From the human T2T-CHM13v2.0 reference genome, Homo sapiens, in the NCBI RefSeq assembly GCF_009914755.1, contig NC_060941.1: a stretch of DNA of 64,000 nucleotides. One strand, 5' to 3'. The stretch's first letter is position 1; every line of letters begins with the position of its first letter. Below, piece by piece: positions 17,462 through 34,276 of this stretch. Under the pieces are notes generated by a model. That model searched no databases and was not told the origin of the DNA. It was given only the letters and a program-made list of their open reading frames with translations. The translations under genes and the position numbers were made by a program.

Positions 17462-18238
17462 CTAAAAAAAAATCTTAGTTCAACAAGTCCAGCTTAGGAG
17501 ACATCATTCCAATGCTCATAAATTTACAAGTTTAACAAATACAACTATTGTACCCCCCAAAAACCTAGTAAGTTATGTTAAAGTCACCCAAGATCAAATG
17601 GCTTGAAATTCTTTAACAAGCCAGAACTGTCCTATAGGTGTAACAATTTATTTTTCCCTTCTAAACTCTCCCAGGGGGATTATTGCCATCTTCTGTATAT
17701 CAGTAACTAGTTAGGTACAATTTTCTCCTCTAAAATGATGGGGTGGCGGCGGGGGAGGGGGCAAAGACTGCAAAGTGTAATTCATTTATCAGCTCTTCAA
17801 CATGCAGCAACAGAGTTTTTTGTTAAAGTTAAGATAGCATCTAATTTTATTTTCCTTCTCAAAATTTATCTAACTTCCAAGGTATATTGAATAGCAAAAT
17901 GACTTAATAATAGAAAATGGTAGCCAATAAAGCATGAAATCTTATGTAGGGAACTTGAAAATAACAGTCTGCTGAATAACTCTTCAAAGTTTAACGCGTT
18001 AAGAGCAGAAATGGAAACAAAGCTCCCAGTGACCCTCAGCTGAATTACAAAATTAAATAAAAACTTAGAAATCAATAAAAGGCAAAAACATTATATAAGA
18101 TTTACAAAACACAATTTGTCAAATAGTGTATATGTGGGAGTGTGGGCTGGAGGTGGTGTCTATGTCAGGATTTCTGCCACTGAAAAAACAAAGTGTGTTG
18201 GATGACTGCAGATAAAGATTGGCAGACACAAGAAATCA

Positions 18239-18652
<414 letters not shown>

Positions 18653-18697
18653 TCATACTAACAATTGTCTTCAAATAAACAAATGTTTAAAAGGACT

Positions 18698-18806
18698 AAG
18701 GATGCTCAACTGATAAGTATAATGCAAATATTCCAAAACCCCCAAAAAATCTGAAATCTGAAACACCTTTGGTCTCAAGCATTTTGGATAAGGGATATAC
18801 AACCTG
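18698..18806. mobile_element. Tigger4/MER46 fragment
   Basis: Ends in ttggataagggatatacaacctg-ta, the same TIR family as 9289-9519. Confidence 0.7.
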
Positions 18807-20456
18807 TATTAATAGTCTAGTTTTCAGACACGAAGGAAAAAAGCATTACCTGAGTCTGTAGCCAATGATGGAGTTAAATATTCTATGGTCATTCTACATA
18901 TAAGCTGCACTGCTTGGAAAGCCAACCCACAGATATGTGTTATCTGCTGGTCTCAGCGAGATTGAAAACTGTGGGACTCTTACATGTGAGAGGAGGTTGG
19001 AGAAAAACAACAACAACAAAAAACTGTGGGACTGACTCAAAGGCAGTCCAATTTGCCTCAGCAGTTTCACTTAAAAACTAGACATCAAAAGACATCTCAA
19101 AAAGGAAAAAAGAGAAAACAATTAAAAGATACCTCAAAGCAAGTTGAGTATATTCATTTGCTAATGTCGCACAGAAGGATGAGAAAGGGACAGGAATGCT
19201 AAGTGACTACTTGCTTGACTTTTAGAGCAGGGTAGATGCATTACTTTCATAATGAGCAACTCCTTCTAGCAGACTGACCTAAAAAAGATAAGTCTTATCT
19301 CAAAGACTATATCTACAGTTTCAAAGCAGCTCTATCATCTCCCATAAGAGCTACTTAATCAGTAAACAAGAAAAGGTTATTATTTTCTGGAGTGGCAGTA
19401 CTGAACTAATTTGGACAGACTTATTAAAACTGAAAAGTGAGTATGTGTAGCACATTGTTATTTTTGCCCTATCTAATCCTTCACAATAATTTTCTTTGAC
19501 AGTCCCGGACAGTTTCATGTTGTTTGGCTATTAAACGACTTGTGGCTTTTTTGCCCAGGCTGGAGTACAGTGCAGTTCATGGCTCACTGCAGTCTTCACC
19601 TCCTGGGCTCAAGCAATCTTCCCACCTCGGCCTCCCAAGTATCTTGGACTATAGGCGTGTACCAGCAAACCTAGCTAACTTTTGTATTTTTTGTAGAGAT
19701 GAGGTCTCACTATGCTGCCAAAGCTGGTCATGAACTCCTGGGCTCAAGTGATCCTCCCACCTTGGACTCCCAAAGTGATGACATTGCAGGTGTCAGCCCC
19801 CACACCTGGCTGCAAATTTAAGCAACAAAACTAGAGTTCCTGGTATGAATACAGCAGTATAGGAAAACAGCTTTGATTTTCTTCTTGGGTATCATAAAAA
19901 CAAAATTATGAATTAAAAAAACCCCACCAACTGCATTTTCAGAAGAACTGGGCAACAGATATGATCTGGAGTATGAAAAACACACAGAAGGAAAGTTAAG
20001 CTCTTTATAGAACCTGAATGAGGGAAATGTAGTAGAAGCCAGACAAGGCAAAGCTAAGCAATATCAAAAAAGCCAAAGGTGGCAATTTCAGAAAATGGCA
20101 AAACATATATCCTGTACATAAAAGGATCCTCTGAAATGAATATACCTACATCTCTTGCACTCATCAAGAATTTCTGAGATCTGGGAAGAACAAAGGGATG
20201 AACTTGGGTTAGGGTGGATGAGGAAACATTTGCAGTACAAAGAATGCACATAGAGAAAAGCAAAAAGTTCTGCCCAATTGCGGCAGATCTAAGAAAAGGC
20301 TGAGGCCAGGTGCGGTGGCTCACGCCTGTAATCCCAGCACTTTGGGAGGCCGAGGCAGGCAGATGGCTTGAGCTCAGGAGTTCAAGACCAGCCTGGGTAA
20401 CACAGTGAAACTCCGGCTCTACCAAAAATACAAAACATTAGCTGAGCATGGTGTCA

Positions 20457-20609
<153 letters not shown>

Positions 20610-20818
20610 CTATCAGCACATGCTCACTAAAGGAAGATCCACTCAACTACACAGGACAAGAAAGGGCACATAGTGTGACAATGAAAATGGTCCCAGAACA
20701 ATCAGTGACAATCAATAGTGTAGTAAAGTTATTGAATCTTAAAGACAGACTCCTTTCAGCAGCTAGGCAAAAACAATCAAGAAGGGGAAGATCAGGCCAG
20801 CCTTTGATCTCTTCAACA

Positions 20819-20829
20819 ACACACACACA

Positions 20830-20868
<39 letters not shown>

Positions 20869-20877
20869 TCTCTCTCA
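20819..20877. repeat. (CA)n(CT)n microsatellite
   Basis: Direct reading. Confidence 0.95.
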
Positions 20878-22180
20878 ACTCCAGAAGACAGTGGTACAAT
20901 AAATACTATAAGATATCTAAGGAAAGAATTAACTTAGGATTTTATATGTATCTTTCAAATATAGGGAATACATACACGTATATATGGAGTTATATGTATG
21001 TGTACATATATACACACATATACATAAGTTGATATATATGTAATTGCCTAAATTAATATTACTATTTTTTTTTTTTGAGACAGCGTCTTGCTCTATTGGC
21101 CAGACTGGAGTGCAGTAGTGCAATTACAGTTCACTGTAGCATCGACCTCCTGGGCTCAATTAATCCTCCCACCTCGGCCTTCTGAGTTGCTAGGACCACA
21201 GGGGCATGCCACTATGCCTGGCTAATTTTTGTATTTTTCGTAGAGACAGGGTTTCATCATGGTGCCCAAGGCTGGATGTGAATTATTTTTATAGGCTTAT
21301 GTTTATATAAAATACATATATATATAAATAATTCAAGAAACACTGTTTGCACAACCACTTTTAAGTAAGTTAATAGGGTACAAAATTCAGAAATAATAGA
21401 AGAAAACTCAGCAAAAGAACTGGCAGACTGCTTTAAAACCATTTACTCCTATAACTAAGGTTAAAAGAAATAGGGCTATTAAAGTATATACATATAACTG
21501 TAACATATACATATAACTATGTATGTTATATGCTGTCAGAAAATAGAAATGATACAAATAATAAAAAACTGGGTGGGCAGGCAGAAGCAGATATGAATTT
21601 GAGTTTGCTTACTTCTGCAAACTCAATAGAAGTAAAAAGAACTTTACAAAACATGAAAATTATTAAGTAATAGAAGTAGTGTACATAATATAATAATTAA
21701 ATGGTATGAAGCCACATACTAAGAATGGCCATTTTACTTATTAACATTATATGATAGAGTTTTTAAAATGGAAGAGGAAAGAAGAGAAAACAAGCTAGCT
21801 TTTTATTGCTTATAGTACGAAAATAATGGACACTCAAACATGGGTAATTTCATTAAGTTATAAAGGTAACTAGAACAACACAAATATAATCCATCCTATA
21901 TCCATCCATCCATCCATGTATCCATCCATCCATCCATTTATTTCCCACTTTGAGACCACATAATAACTTAAAAAATAAAATAGGCCAGGCGTGGTAGCCC
22001 ATGTCTGTAATTCCAGCACTTTGGGAGGCCGAGGCAGGCGGATTACCTGAGCTCAAGAGTTTGAAACCAGCCTGGGCAACATAGCAAAACCCCATCTTTA
22101 CCAAAAATACAAAAAATTAGCTAGGCGTGGTGGTGTGCACCTGTAGTCCCAGTTACTTGGAAGGCTGGGGAAGTCCTTCA

Positions 22181-22477
<297 letters not shown>

Positions 22478-22936
22478 TTAAAAAAAAAAAAAGTACTTGT
22501 AGAGGCCAGGCATAGTGGCTCACACCTGTAATCCCAGCACTTTGGGAGGTTGAGGTGGGTGGACAGCTTGAGCCTAGGAGTTCAAAACCAGCCTGGGCAA
22601 CATGGTGAAACCCTGTCTTTACAAAAAATATAAAAATTAGCTGGGTGTGGTGGCATGCACCTGTAGCCCCAGATGCTCGGGAAGCTGAGGTGGGAGGATC
22701 GCTTGAGTCCAGGAGGTCGAGGCTGCAGTAAGCTGTGATCACTGCCACCGCACTTCTAGGTGACAGAGTGAGATCCTGTCTGGGTGACAGAGTGAGACCC
22801 TATCTCAAATAAACAGTACTCATAGAATATTTACACAGACAAGGCCAGGCACGCTGGCTCATGCCTGTAATCCCAGCACTGTGGGAGGCCGAGGTGGGCG
22901 GTTCACGAGGTCAGGAGATCGAGACCATCCTGGCTA

Positions 22937-23134
<198 letters not shown>

Positions 23135-23512
23135 TTACACAGACAAAAAGCCCATTATAGGCTATAGAAGAAACTGTAATAAAGTCAGAAATGAAGAAGT
23201 AATATGCACAACATATATCAACACAGTATAATACAGCTAAGAATTAACAAAAATGTTTAAAAGACCCTTCCATGAATCTGAAGCTGCAGAATTTTAAGGT
23301 AAAAAAGGATAATGACAACATTATACAGAGGCTAAAGTATATTGCTTTAAGAAGTTAAGCCTATGTGTATTCCTTGAACACAGGTTTAACCCCTTACAGC
23401 AATGGAAACAAGAAAATAAATAAATGTCACACTCTGGAGAAAATCTTGTGTGTATATATATATACAAGAAAACTGATTCCACTTATATAAAGTTAAAAAA
23501 CATGTAAAACTA

Positions 23513-24023
<511 letters not shown>

Positions 24024-24129
24024 TCAAAACCAACCAACCAACCAACCAACTCACCGACCCACCCACCCACCCACTACATAAAACTAAGCAATACATATTT
24101 AGGATACAAAACACATTAAAAAACCATTT

Positions 24130-24625
24130 TAAAATGCAAGGGAAAATAGAAGAGGAAGGAACACTTCCTAATTTATTCTGAGTATTACCCTGATACAAAG
24201 ACATTACAAGAAAACTACAGACTAATATCTTTTCTGTGTACAGATGCAAAAATGCTCAACAAAATGCTATCAAACCAAATTCAACAGCATATTAAAAGGC
24301 GAAGTGGGATTTATCCCAGGAACTCAATGTTGGTTCAACATACAAAAATCAATCAATGTAATACACCACTACAATGTAATACACCATTATTAACAGAATA
24401 TAAAAGGAAAAAACCCACAAGGTTATCTCAGTAGATGCAAAATAAGCATTTGACAAAACCCAATACTCTCTTTCATGGTAAAAACACTAAACAAAGCAGG
24501 AATTTCTAGAAATTAGGCACTTCCTCAACCTGATGAGAACAAAAAACCCCCAGCTAACATCATAATGGTGAAAGACTGAAAGCTTCTCTATAAAGATCAG
24601 AAAGACGACAGGAATGTTCACTGTT
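24130..24625 (+). mobile_element. Decayed L1 ORF2 (reverse-transcriptase region) fragment
   Basis: gatgcaaaaatgctcaacaaaatgcta...caaattcaacagcatattaaaagg...gggatttatcccagg...gcatttgacaaaa. Translates to L1-like LNKMLSNQIQQHIKR with frameshifts. Confidence 0.85.
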
Positions 24626-24641
24626 GCATTTTTTTTTTTGA

Positions 24642-24958
<317 letters not shown>

Positions 24959-25025
24959 TAAATAAGCTAAAAATCATTAAATTGTAGTATTGCTATAAAA
25001 TGACTAAAATGGTAAATTTATGTTA

Positions 25026-25247
<222 letters not shown>

Positions 25248-27800
25248 TCAGGAGGCTGGGGCAGGAGAATTGCTTGAAACCAGGAGGCAAAGGTTGCAGT
25301 GAGCTGAGATTCTGCCATTGCACTCCAGCCTGGGTGACAGAACAAGACTGTCTCAAAAAGGAAAAAAAAAAAAAAAAAAAAAAAGGCGAAAAACACAAAA
25401 ATCAGCATAGTGTTTATCTCTAAAGGAGACAGAAATGTGATGGGATCATGAAGTTACTGATAGTGCTCTTTTTCTTAAATTGAGTAGAAAATACCTAAGT
25501 GTTTATAGTTTTTCTTTATATCTCACATATTAAAAATATTTAATAAAATAACAAGAATGTCAAATGAGACTGCAGTTTTTGTTTTTTCTTTTAAAAGTCT
25601 GGTAGAGCTATTTGGCTCTAAGACTATATACAAGTAAAACTTTGATAAAAATGAAAATTAAAAAATAAAAATGGGAGGCTGAGGTAGGGGGATCATTTGA
25701 AGTCAGGAGTTTGAGACCAGCCTGGGCAACATAGTGAGACCCTATCTCTTAAAAAAAAAATTAGCCAGGCATGGTGGTGCACGCCTATAGTCTTGGTTAC
25801 TTGGGAGGCTGAGGTGGGAGGATTGTATGAGCCCAGGAGTTTAAGGCTGTAGTGAGCTACGATAGCACCACAGAACTCCAGCATGGACGACAGAGTGAGA
25901 TCCCATCTCTATAAAATTAGAGATGAGAGAGTGATGAAAAGGAAGCAGTCAGAGTAGTGACTAAGAATTCTGGTTCTAAAGACAAGTGAAAAGAGAAGGT
26001 GGTAGCTATATGGAGAGTAAATCAGAGTGGGTTTTTTTTTTTTTTTTTTAATTTTAGGATTCCCTCTCCCAACAAATCTTCAAGTATGTTTACTGTTGAT
26101 AGGAAAAGAACAAATAAAGAGAAAGGTTGCCAATACAGGAAAGAAGTGGAAGGTCTTTGATAAGACAGGGAGAGTTAGGATCCAGAATTCAGATGTATGT
26201 ACAAATTATCATTTAACAGATGGTGAAACAAAAGAGAAATATTGAAGTATGAGAGCAGGTGAACCCTCGTTTGATGTAGGATAGTATACGTAGATGAAGG
26301 CATTACTACCTGATGGTCCAAATTCTCTTTCTTAACTAAAAACATACGGGAAGGCAGAGATACGACAAGGGTAGTTAAGGAAAGATGAAGGCTGAGTACC
26401 AATGTTTGAGAATGACAGCTGAGAGGACTAAGAGGGACATGACACATGAGAGGATTAATTGGCAGCTCTGAGGGCCCAGTGAGGTTGGCAGAAAGGGTAT
26501 AGAAATAAAGAATGCAAGTAATGCATTTTGTACTAACGGGACAGGCTTTTGGTGAGTATGTATGACAAAAGGACTAGGAGGAAAGGGAGTTGGAATCAAA
26601 GTGCTGTGAGAGGTAAACATGAGTGTGTGGTGCTAGAGGGGAAAAGTACAAATTAAGGAGGAGCTAAGTTACTAAAGCTTCCAAAGTCATGTGAAGTTGA
26701 AGAAAAAATATAGGAGAATAAAGGAGTGACAGCAGGAAGGAAAAAAGACCATGGTCAGATAATAGGACATTTAAGATTTTAGAAACAGTGTAGTTCAGAG
26801 TTGACAGGGTTTCGGAGTAAATATTTTGATCAATAAGATGGGGAAAGTAATTCTTGCTCTTGCCCAGGCTGGAGTGCAGTGGTGTGATCATAGGTCACTG
26901 CTGTCTTCAACTCCTGGGCCCAAGTGATCCTCCCAATTCAGCTTCTCTAAGTAGCTGGGATTTATAGGCATGCACCACCAACACCTAGCTATTTTTTTTC
27001 TTTTTTCTTTTTGTAGAGACAGATTCTTGCTACATTGCCCAGACTGCTCTCAAACTCCTGGGCTCAAGCAATCCTCCCAAAGCACAGCCGTGATCCACCG
27101 CACCCAGCCGAGAAATAATTCTATTACCAGGGAGAGAGCATCTCAAGATACTATGTATAATCTTATGAGGCTGTGAATTACTGAGGTATTTCATTTATTT
27201 TTCACTCGACAGTGTAACTTTTACTTGAAAAATAAAAATGTATTCTTTATAATGTTTATATTTCAGACAGTACATAAAATGAATCTGGCTTTTCTCACTA
27301 TTTCAAAATATTTATTCATTCAACTAATATTTATTGAGTACTTATGCACCACACACTGTGCTGGATGCAGGATATATACTGGCAGACAAATAGACATACT
27401 CTCTCTCCTCAATGCCCTTTCTGACTAGTACAGAAAGCAGAATATAAATTAGTGAATAAAAATTTATAATTACAAATTGTAAGAGAGGTTGTTGCAAGAG
27501 AATAAGGCAGAGTGGTTAATTATTTAAATGAGTTGATTAGGGAAGACCTATAATGAGGTAATATTTAAGCTAAAACCCAAAGGAGAAAATTTAACCAAGT
27601 GAAAGATGATGAAACATGGTGTCATGACCACTCTTGTGCCTAGAGAAAGAATGTAGCCAGAAAAAGAGGGCCCAGGTCTGAAGCTGAGGAACTCCAATAT
27701 CTGAAGTTCAGGCAGAATAAACAGCAGCCAACAAAGGAATCTACATAGAAGCAGCAAGACAGATAAGAAGCAACTAATCTAGGAAAGTATAAATTCTTCA

Positions 27801-28022
<222 letters not shown>

Positions 28023-28510
28023 CTAAGGCACGAGAATCACTTGAACCCGGGAGCAGTGAGCTTAGATCACACCACTGTACTCCAGCCTGGGCAACAGAGT
28101 GAGACTCAGTCTTTAAAAAAAATAATAATATTAATAATAATAATAAAATAAATAAATAAATAAATGATTTATTGGATTTAGCAAATAGAAGTGTTTGGTG
28201 GCCTTGAATAAAGTGGTTTGGTGAAAACTGCTAAAGTCAGTATAAATAGGCTGAAGAGTGAATAAAGAGAGAGGAAAGGAGAAGAAAAAGGGGAAAGAAA
28301 AAGGGGCAGGAAAAGAAGATGAGTTGGTTATATTATAGTTCTGGATAAAATAAAACACACAAAAATTTAATATATAGCTAAGCTAAGTTCAAAAACAAGA
28401 AAGGGGGTCAAGCGCGGTGACTTACGCCTGAAATCCCAGCAAACTGGGAAGCCGTGGCAGGCAGATCACCTGAGGCAAGGAGTTCAAGACCAGCCTGGCC
28501 AACATGGTGA

Positions 28511-28723
<213 letters not shown>

Positions 28724-29000
28724 TGAGCCATTGTGTCTGGCCTCAAAGGACTTTTAACAATTTTTACTGCTACCACTACTTGAATACCTACTATGTAACA
28801 GGCATTGTGTTTTCAAACACTAATTCATGTAATCTTTCTAACACACTTTAGAAGTAGGTATTATTATCTCTATAGTTTATACAGAGCCAATAAATAGGAA
28901 TGTAATAGAAATCTGAGATCTACTACTAATTACCACCAAATGTCAAACAAATGCTGTTAGCAACAGTGATGATTTTCAACAAAATTTGAGTTCTTTCTTA

Positions 29001-29168
<168 letters not shown>

Positions 29169-29417
29169 CTAAAGTACCCCCAAGATTAGCTATGAAAAAG
29201 TTATTTGCACAACTACAGTATTATCTGAAAACAAAAAAAAATTGTAATTTTGCTTAGCTACTGCTTGCTTTATTGTCACCTCACAGAGAAAATCACATGC
29301 AAAATAGTTTGTTACTTTCAGGCTGGTAGTTTCCAAAAGGCACATTTGTTGAAAGTAGACTTCACTTCAATGTTAATTTTCTTTTCTTTCTTTCCTTTTT
29401 TTTTTTTTTTTTTTTGA

Positions 29418-29522
<105 letters not shown>

Positions 29523-29805
29523 TGAGTAGCTGGGATTACAGGTGCCCGCCACAATGCCCTGCTAATTTTTTTTGTATTTTCAGTAGAGATGGAGTTTCAT
29601 CATGTTGGCCAGGCTGATCTTGAACTCCTCACCTCAGGTGATCTGCTTGTCTCGGCCTCCCACAGTGCTGGGATTACAGGCGTGAGCCACTGCGCCCAGC
29701 GACTCCTAATTCTTTGAAAATTGAGGCTGGGCACAGTGGCTCACACCTGTAATCCCAGCACTGTGGGAGGCCGAGGCGGGCGGGTCACCTGAGGTCAAGA
29801 GTTCA

Positions 29806-30012
<207 letters not shown>

Positions 30013-30456
30013 TCAAAAAAAAAAAAAAAAAAAAAAAAAGGAATTAGGAGTCAATGAAGAAAATATTTTAGGCAATGAAAAGCAGGTATTACAGGTGACA
30101 GCCGTACCCAATTCTACAAAGGCAAAGCTTTTATCACAGCAACATTTTAAGAGCTGAGCAACACTGCCTACTGAAGCAAGTACCAAGGTCTGGATCTAAG
30201 TCTGATATTGCCTTGCTGTATAACCCTCGGCAAATCACTTAACTTCTTTATGTGCCAGTTAAAACAGCAGCTCTGTTTATATTCTATTTGTCTCAAAAGT
30301 AGCACTAAATGAAAATGTAAAATATATTTTTTAGTCATCCAAAGAAAAATATTAAAACTACATTTCATCTGATAAATGTATTCTTGCACAGACATCTGAA
30401 TTTGGAATTAGTATTATTTCAAAATATCTCACAAAACTTATGAGTTAATGAGATCA

Positions 30457-30549
<93 letters not shown>

Positions 30550-31439
30550 TCAAGGTAAGGTGCAAAGCCAAACCAACAGCTCATTTTACACATTGGGTTT
30601 TGGGTGGTTAGAGATCTTGCCTTGGAGTGCAGAGACCAGAAAGCTACAGTGAACCAAACACAAGCCATTCTCACAGCTTACACTCAAGACCTTCCTTTCC
30701 TAGTTTAAACCCAATTAACCACCTTGGCTGACGTCCAGTTGGGATTAATTTCAAATTACTATGGCAAAATTACATTAATAAGTAATGCAAAGCACTTTTA
30801 AGCAATGGCATCAGGAGGTTTAAATTGTAAAACTTTAAAAATTCCTTTTAAGATCCCCAAATAACTTCCCATCAAGTATCACTTTACTCTGCCCACTGAT
30901 ATCCTCCTACACAACTTTTTAACCTAGTTTAAAAAAAAAAATCTCAACTGGCATGGTTAAATAGAAAAAGTACATTTTTAAACATGATGCAGTAAAACTT
31001 TATAATTACAACTCAGTATGTTGAATTTGTTTTCAAAAGATGCTTTACAATTTTTTTTGATGTTCCTCATAGACTAGGAGATGCTTTACAATTTAATGGG
31101 GCTGTGAAAAGTTTAAATAAAAAGAAACAATTAGTTGCCCTTAGAGAAAAGAATAGTTTTCCTTTTAATCTGGTGCTCTAAAGTCCCATTTCCTAGAGTG
31201 GATTTAACACTGGCTGCGAGGGTAACTGGTAAGCTGTGAAAAGGACTAGTTGCGAAGAAAATTGACTTTAAACTAATTGATCTATGCTGGATAATTTTTT
31301 TAATAAATATATATTTAATCCACTCATAACCAGCCAAACAAAGCAAAATGGGGCAGACAAGCACTTTACTACCACAGCTGTTTTACATCACAACCTGCGC
31401 TTTTTATTGTGATGTAAGCCCACTGAAAAGAGGACTTAC

Positions 31440-31455
31440 CTTATCCGTTGTACAC
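31440..31455 (-). other. Candidate 16-nt frameshifting microexon in intron 3
   Basis: tgtgttttttcactaaag|GTGTACAACGGATAAG|gtaagt. Perfect donor. Confidence 0.5.
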
Positions 31456-32670
31456 CTTTAGTGAAAAAACACAATGTTTACTTCCCTCATCATTTCACTC
31501 AGGCTGGTGTAAACAATTGGTTTTTTTGGTTGTGTTGTTGTTGTTGTTATACACACACACATATATATATACATATATTATACCTTTGGGCTAAAAATGG
31601 AGTTTTCTTAGGCTAAATCTGAGGCATTACCCTCCCAACCCCAAAAAAAACTTTTTAAAAAATAAATGCCATGATCATGACTGGTTTTGGTCCTGCAAAA
31701 TAAAGAAGAAACCATGTTCAAAACGACCACAACCACTTGTACTCGGTGGCTCTATATTTGTGGAATTAATTTTTGCCTTTAAGATGGAATGAAAAACAAA
31801 TTCATAAGTTTAACTACTTATGTATCCTATTATTGTTTTTAAACAATAAATAGGGAGAATTAGAATTATCACAGTAAAAAAACAAAACAAAAAAACCAAA
31901 CCCAAACTGTTAAAGAACATCTCATGTCAGAAAAAAAAAAAAAACAAAACAACAACTTCTAGAATACAGCCTTCTTTTAGATACAATCAAAGGACTGCCA
32001 GTAAAGCAAAATGAAAATGCATTACTACCCTATGCCCAATGGTATAATAAATAAGCAGTGACTGCAATCTTTAGCAAAAGGACCAAATTAAAGACAGGTT
32101 ATAAAAATGACTTCCTAGGTGCAATATCACTTTCATAACGTCTCAGTCAGGGATTTACTGGTAAAAACAAATAGTCCAATGAATGAATTAAAAAGAAATG
32201 TCAAAGCAATTTATTTTGGTATCTTTTTTGATCTGTCAGAATTCGTTTTGCAAGAATCAAGAAAGTTTTGGTACAAATTCATTACCTCTGTAAACCCCTG
32301 TTTATAAACTCTGCATTAGTACTTTTGCCTTCTAAGGCAGTCAAAGTTTGTTTTAATTTATTTATAAATTGCAGTAGCAAGTGCTAGTGCCCATTACATT
32401 GTGGGGAAATCAAGTTTTTGACAGTATTAGAATTTAATGTTTTAACTGATTTTATTGGCAGTTCTAACACAAACAGATACATCCCTTCTTAACATTACCC
32501 TTTAATGAACAAGGATCAGACAAGTTGCATAAGGAAAGGAAAGGAAAATGAAAAAGACCAAGCAGAAGGATGAAGGCTACAACAGAGAAAGTAAGCCTAA
32601 CATATTGGTGCACTGATGACAAAAGGAGTAATTCAGTCTGAAAATAAAAAATTACCACTGCTAAGATTAC

Positions 32671-32700
32671 CATCACCACAACAAGTCCAGGATCATAATG
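32671..32700 (-). other. Candidate 30-nt stop-containing (poison) exon in intron 3
   Basis: cctaac branch, then gtttcttttttacag|CATTATGA...GATG|gtaatc. Reads G|CA TTA TGA after exon 3. Confidence 0.5.
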
Positions 32701-33744
32701 CTGTAAAAAAGAAACACCATTTGTTAGGCAGAAACCATTAGGGTAGGAAACAGGCCTTCTAGCAGGCAGACAGGATGGGGTAAAGTTAACAGTTGGGCTT
32801 TGTCCCTCCCCCAATCTCAGCCGGGGACAGAGGAAGGACATTTTGTGCTACAGCAGCTGTTTTCATACTGGTCAGACCAAGGTGTGAGATTTTTGTACTG
32901 CTACTTGAGAACATGAACAACACCCTCTTCAATAAGGCAGGGGGTAGGGTGTCAGTTTAAAGTAAGAGAACTAGCTCTAGTTTCCAATCTTTCATTTAAC
33001 TATTCATTCTCGTAAATCAGTATTCAGGGCCCAAGGTAGGACTTTTAAAAGAAATGACATCTAAGACTCTATCAGATCAACTAACTGGACAGTAATCAAG
33101 TCATTTACTTCACCAAAAGAACTCTAGGAGGCTTGGAGTATGGGTGAGATGTCCGCAAGACTTCTCTAGAAATATATATATAAAACAATTAAGCAGTCTA
33201 GAAAATAATCTTAGATCTTCAGTGCTTGGAGAACTTTGTGCATTTGAATTCTGTTATGAATGAATACAACTCTTTAAGTGGCTCTCCTCAGAACTTTGCT
33301 TCCTGTTAACCGAGACTTCCCAGGCTGGCCAATATCCTTCTTTCAGCACACAACAAAACCAATCTTTGAAGGACAGCTCTAGAGAAACCGACATCACAAG
33401 AGCTGTCACATTTAAAATTACTCCACTCAGAGTTAACTCACAGAAAATAAACAGTATGACTTTCAAAGCAATCTTGAAGGTGACATTATTGCCTGGGCCA
33501 AGTAGTAATTTCTTAACATTATTAAAGAGGCTATAGACCAAGGAAAGATCCCAGTGGGAAAAGACACCAAACACTACATACAGGAAGAGGCTGCAGCATT
33601 AAAAAACAAAACAAAACAAAACAAAAAACCCCCTCAGTTTATTCAGTTGCTATCAATGATAATCCTAAAGAACATCACTTACAATATCTGAATACCAATT
33701 TGTAGTGATGACCTCAAAAGGTAGGTAGCAAGAGTGTCTGCTAA

Positions 33745-34047
<303 letters not shown>

Positions 34048-34268
34048 TGAACCACCTCGCCCGGCCTCAACTTCTTTTAAAAATAAAATCCAGGTTCCCT
34101 ACTTCTTGGTTTCTTTTAAAATACAGCAAATATTATTTAAAATATATTAAATTAGTGAGAACATTTTTGTTGCTTGTTTCACTCCAAAGGAAGCAACTTC
34201 AACCAGAACACTAAATAATCTCCTTAAAAGAAACTGTCTTCCTCAGGAAAAGATCTACAGACACTTAC

Positions 34269-34276
34269 TTGGCCAA
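34269..34276 (-). other. Candidate 8-nt microexon (TTGGCCAA) in intron 3
   Basis: tgcatgtgtttcctttcccttctccag|TTGGCCAA|gtaagt. Very strong acceptor and donor 8 nt apart, with upstream TGCATG. Confidence 0.6.

Noticed and set aside
32286-32297. Possible 12-nt in-frame microexon (acag|gggtttacagag|gtaatg)
   Set aside because: No pyrimidine tract, and competing upstream AGs.
32464-32841. 125-aa hydrophobic ORF resembling a membrane protein
   Set aside because: Hydrophobicity follows from U-rich intron composition. It has no family similarity and spans a branch point and acceptor.
33683-33712. Possible 30-nt in-frame exon with an att|gtaagt donor
   Set aside because: Needs a rare GAG acceptor; too weak to call.
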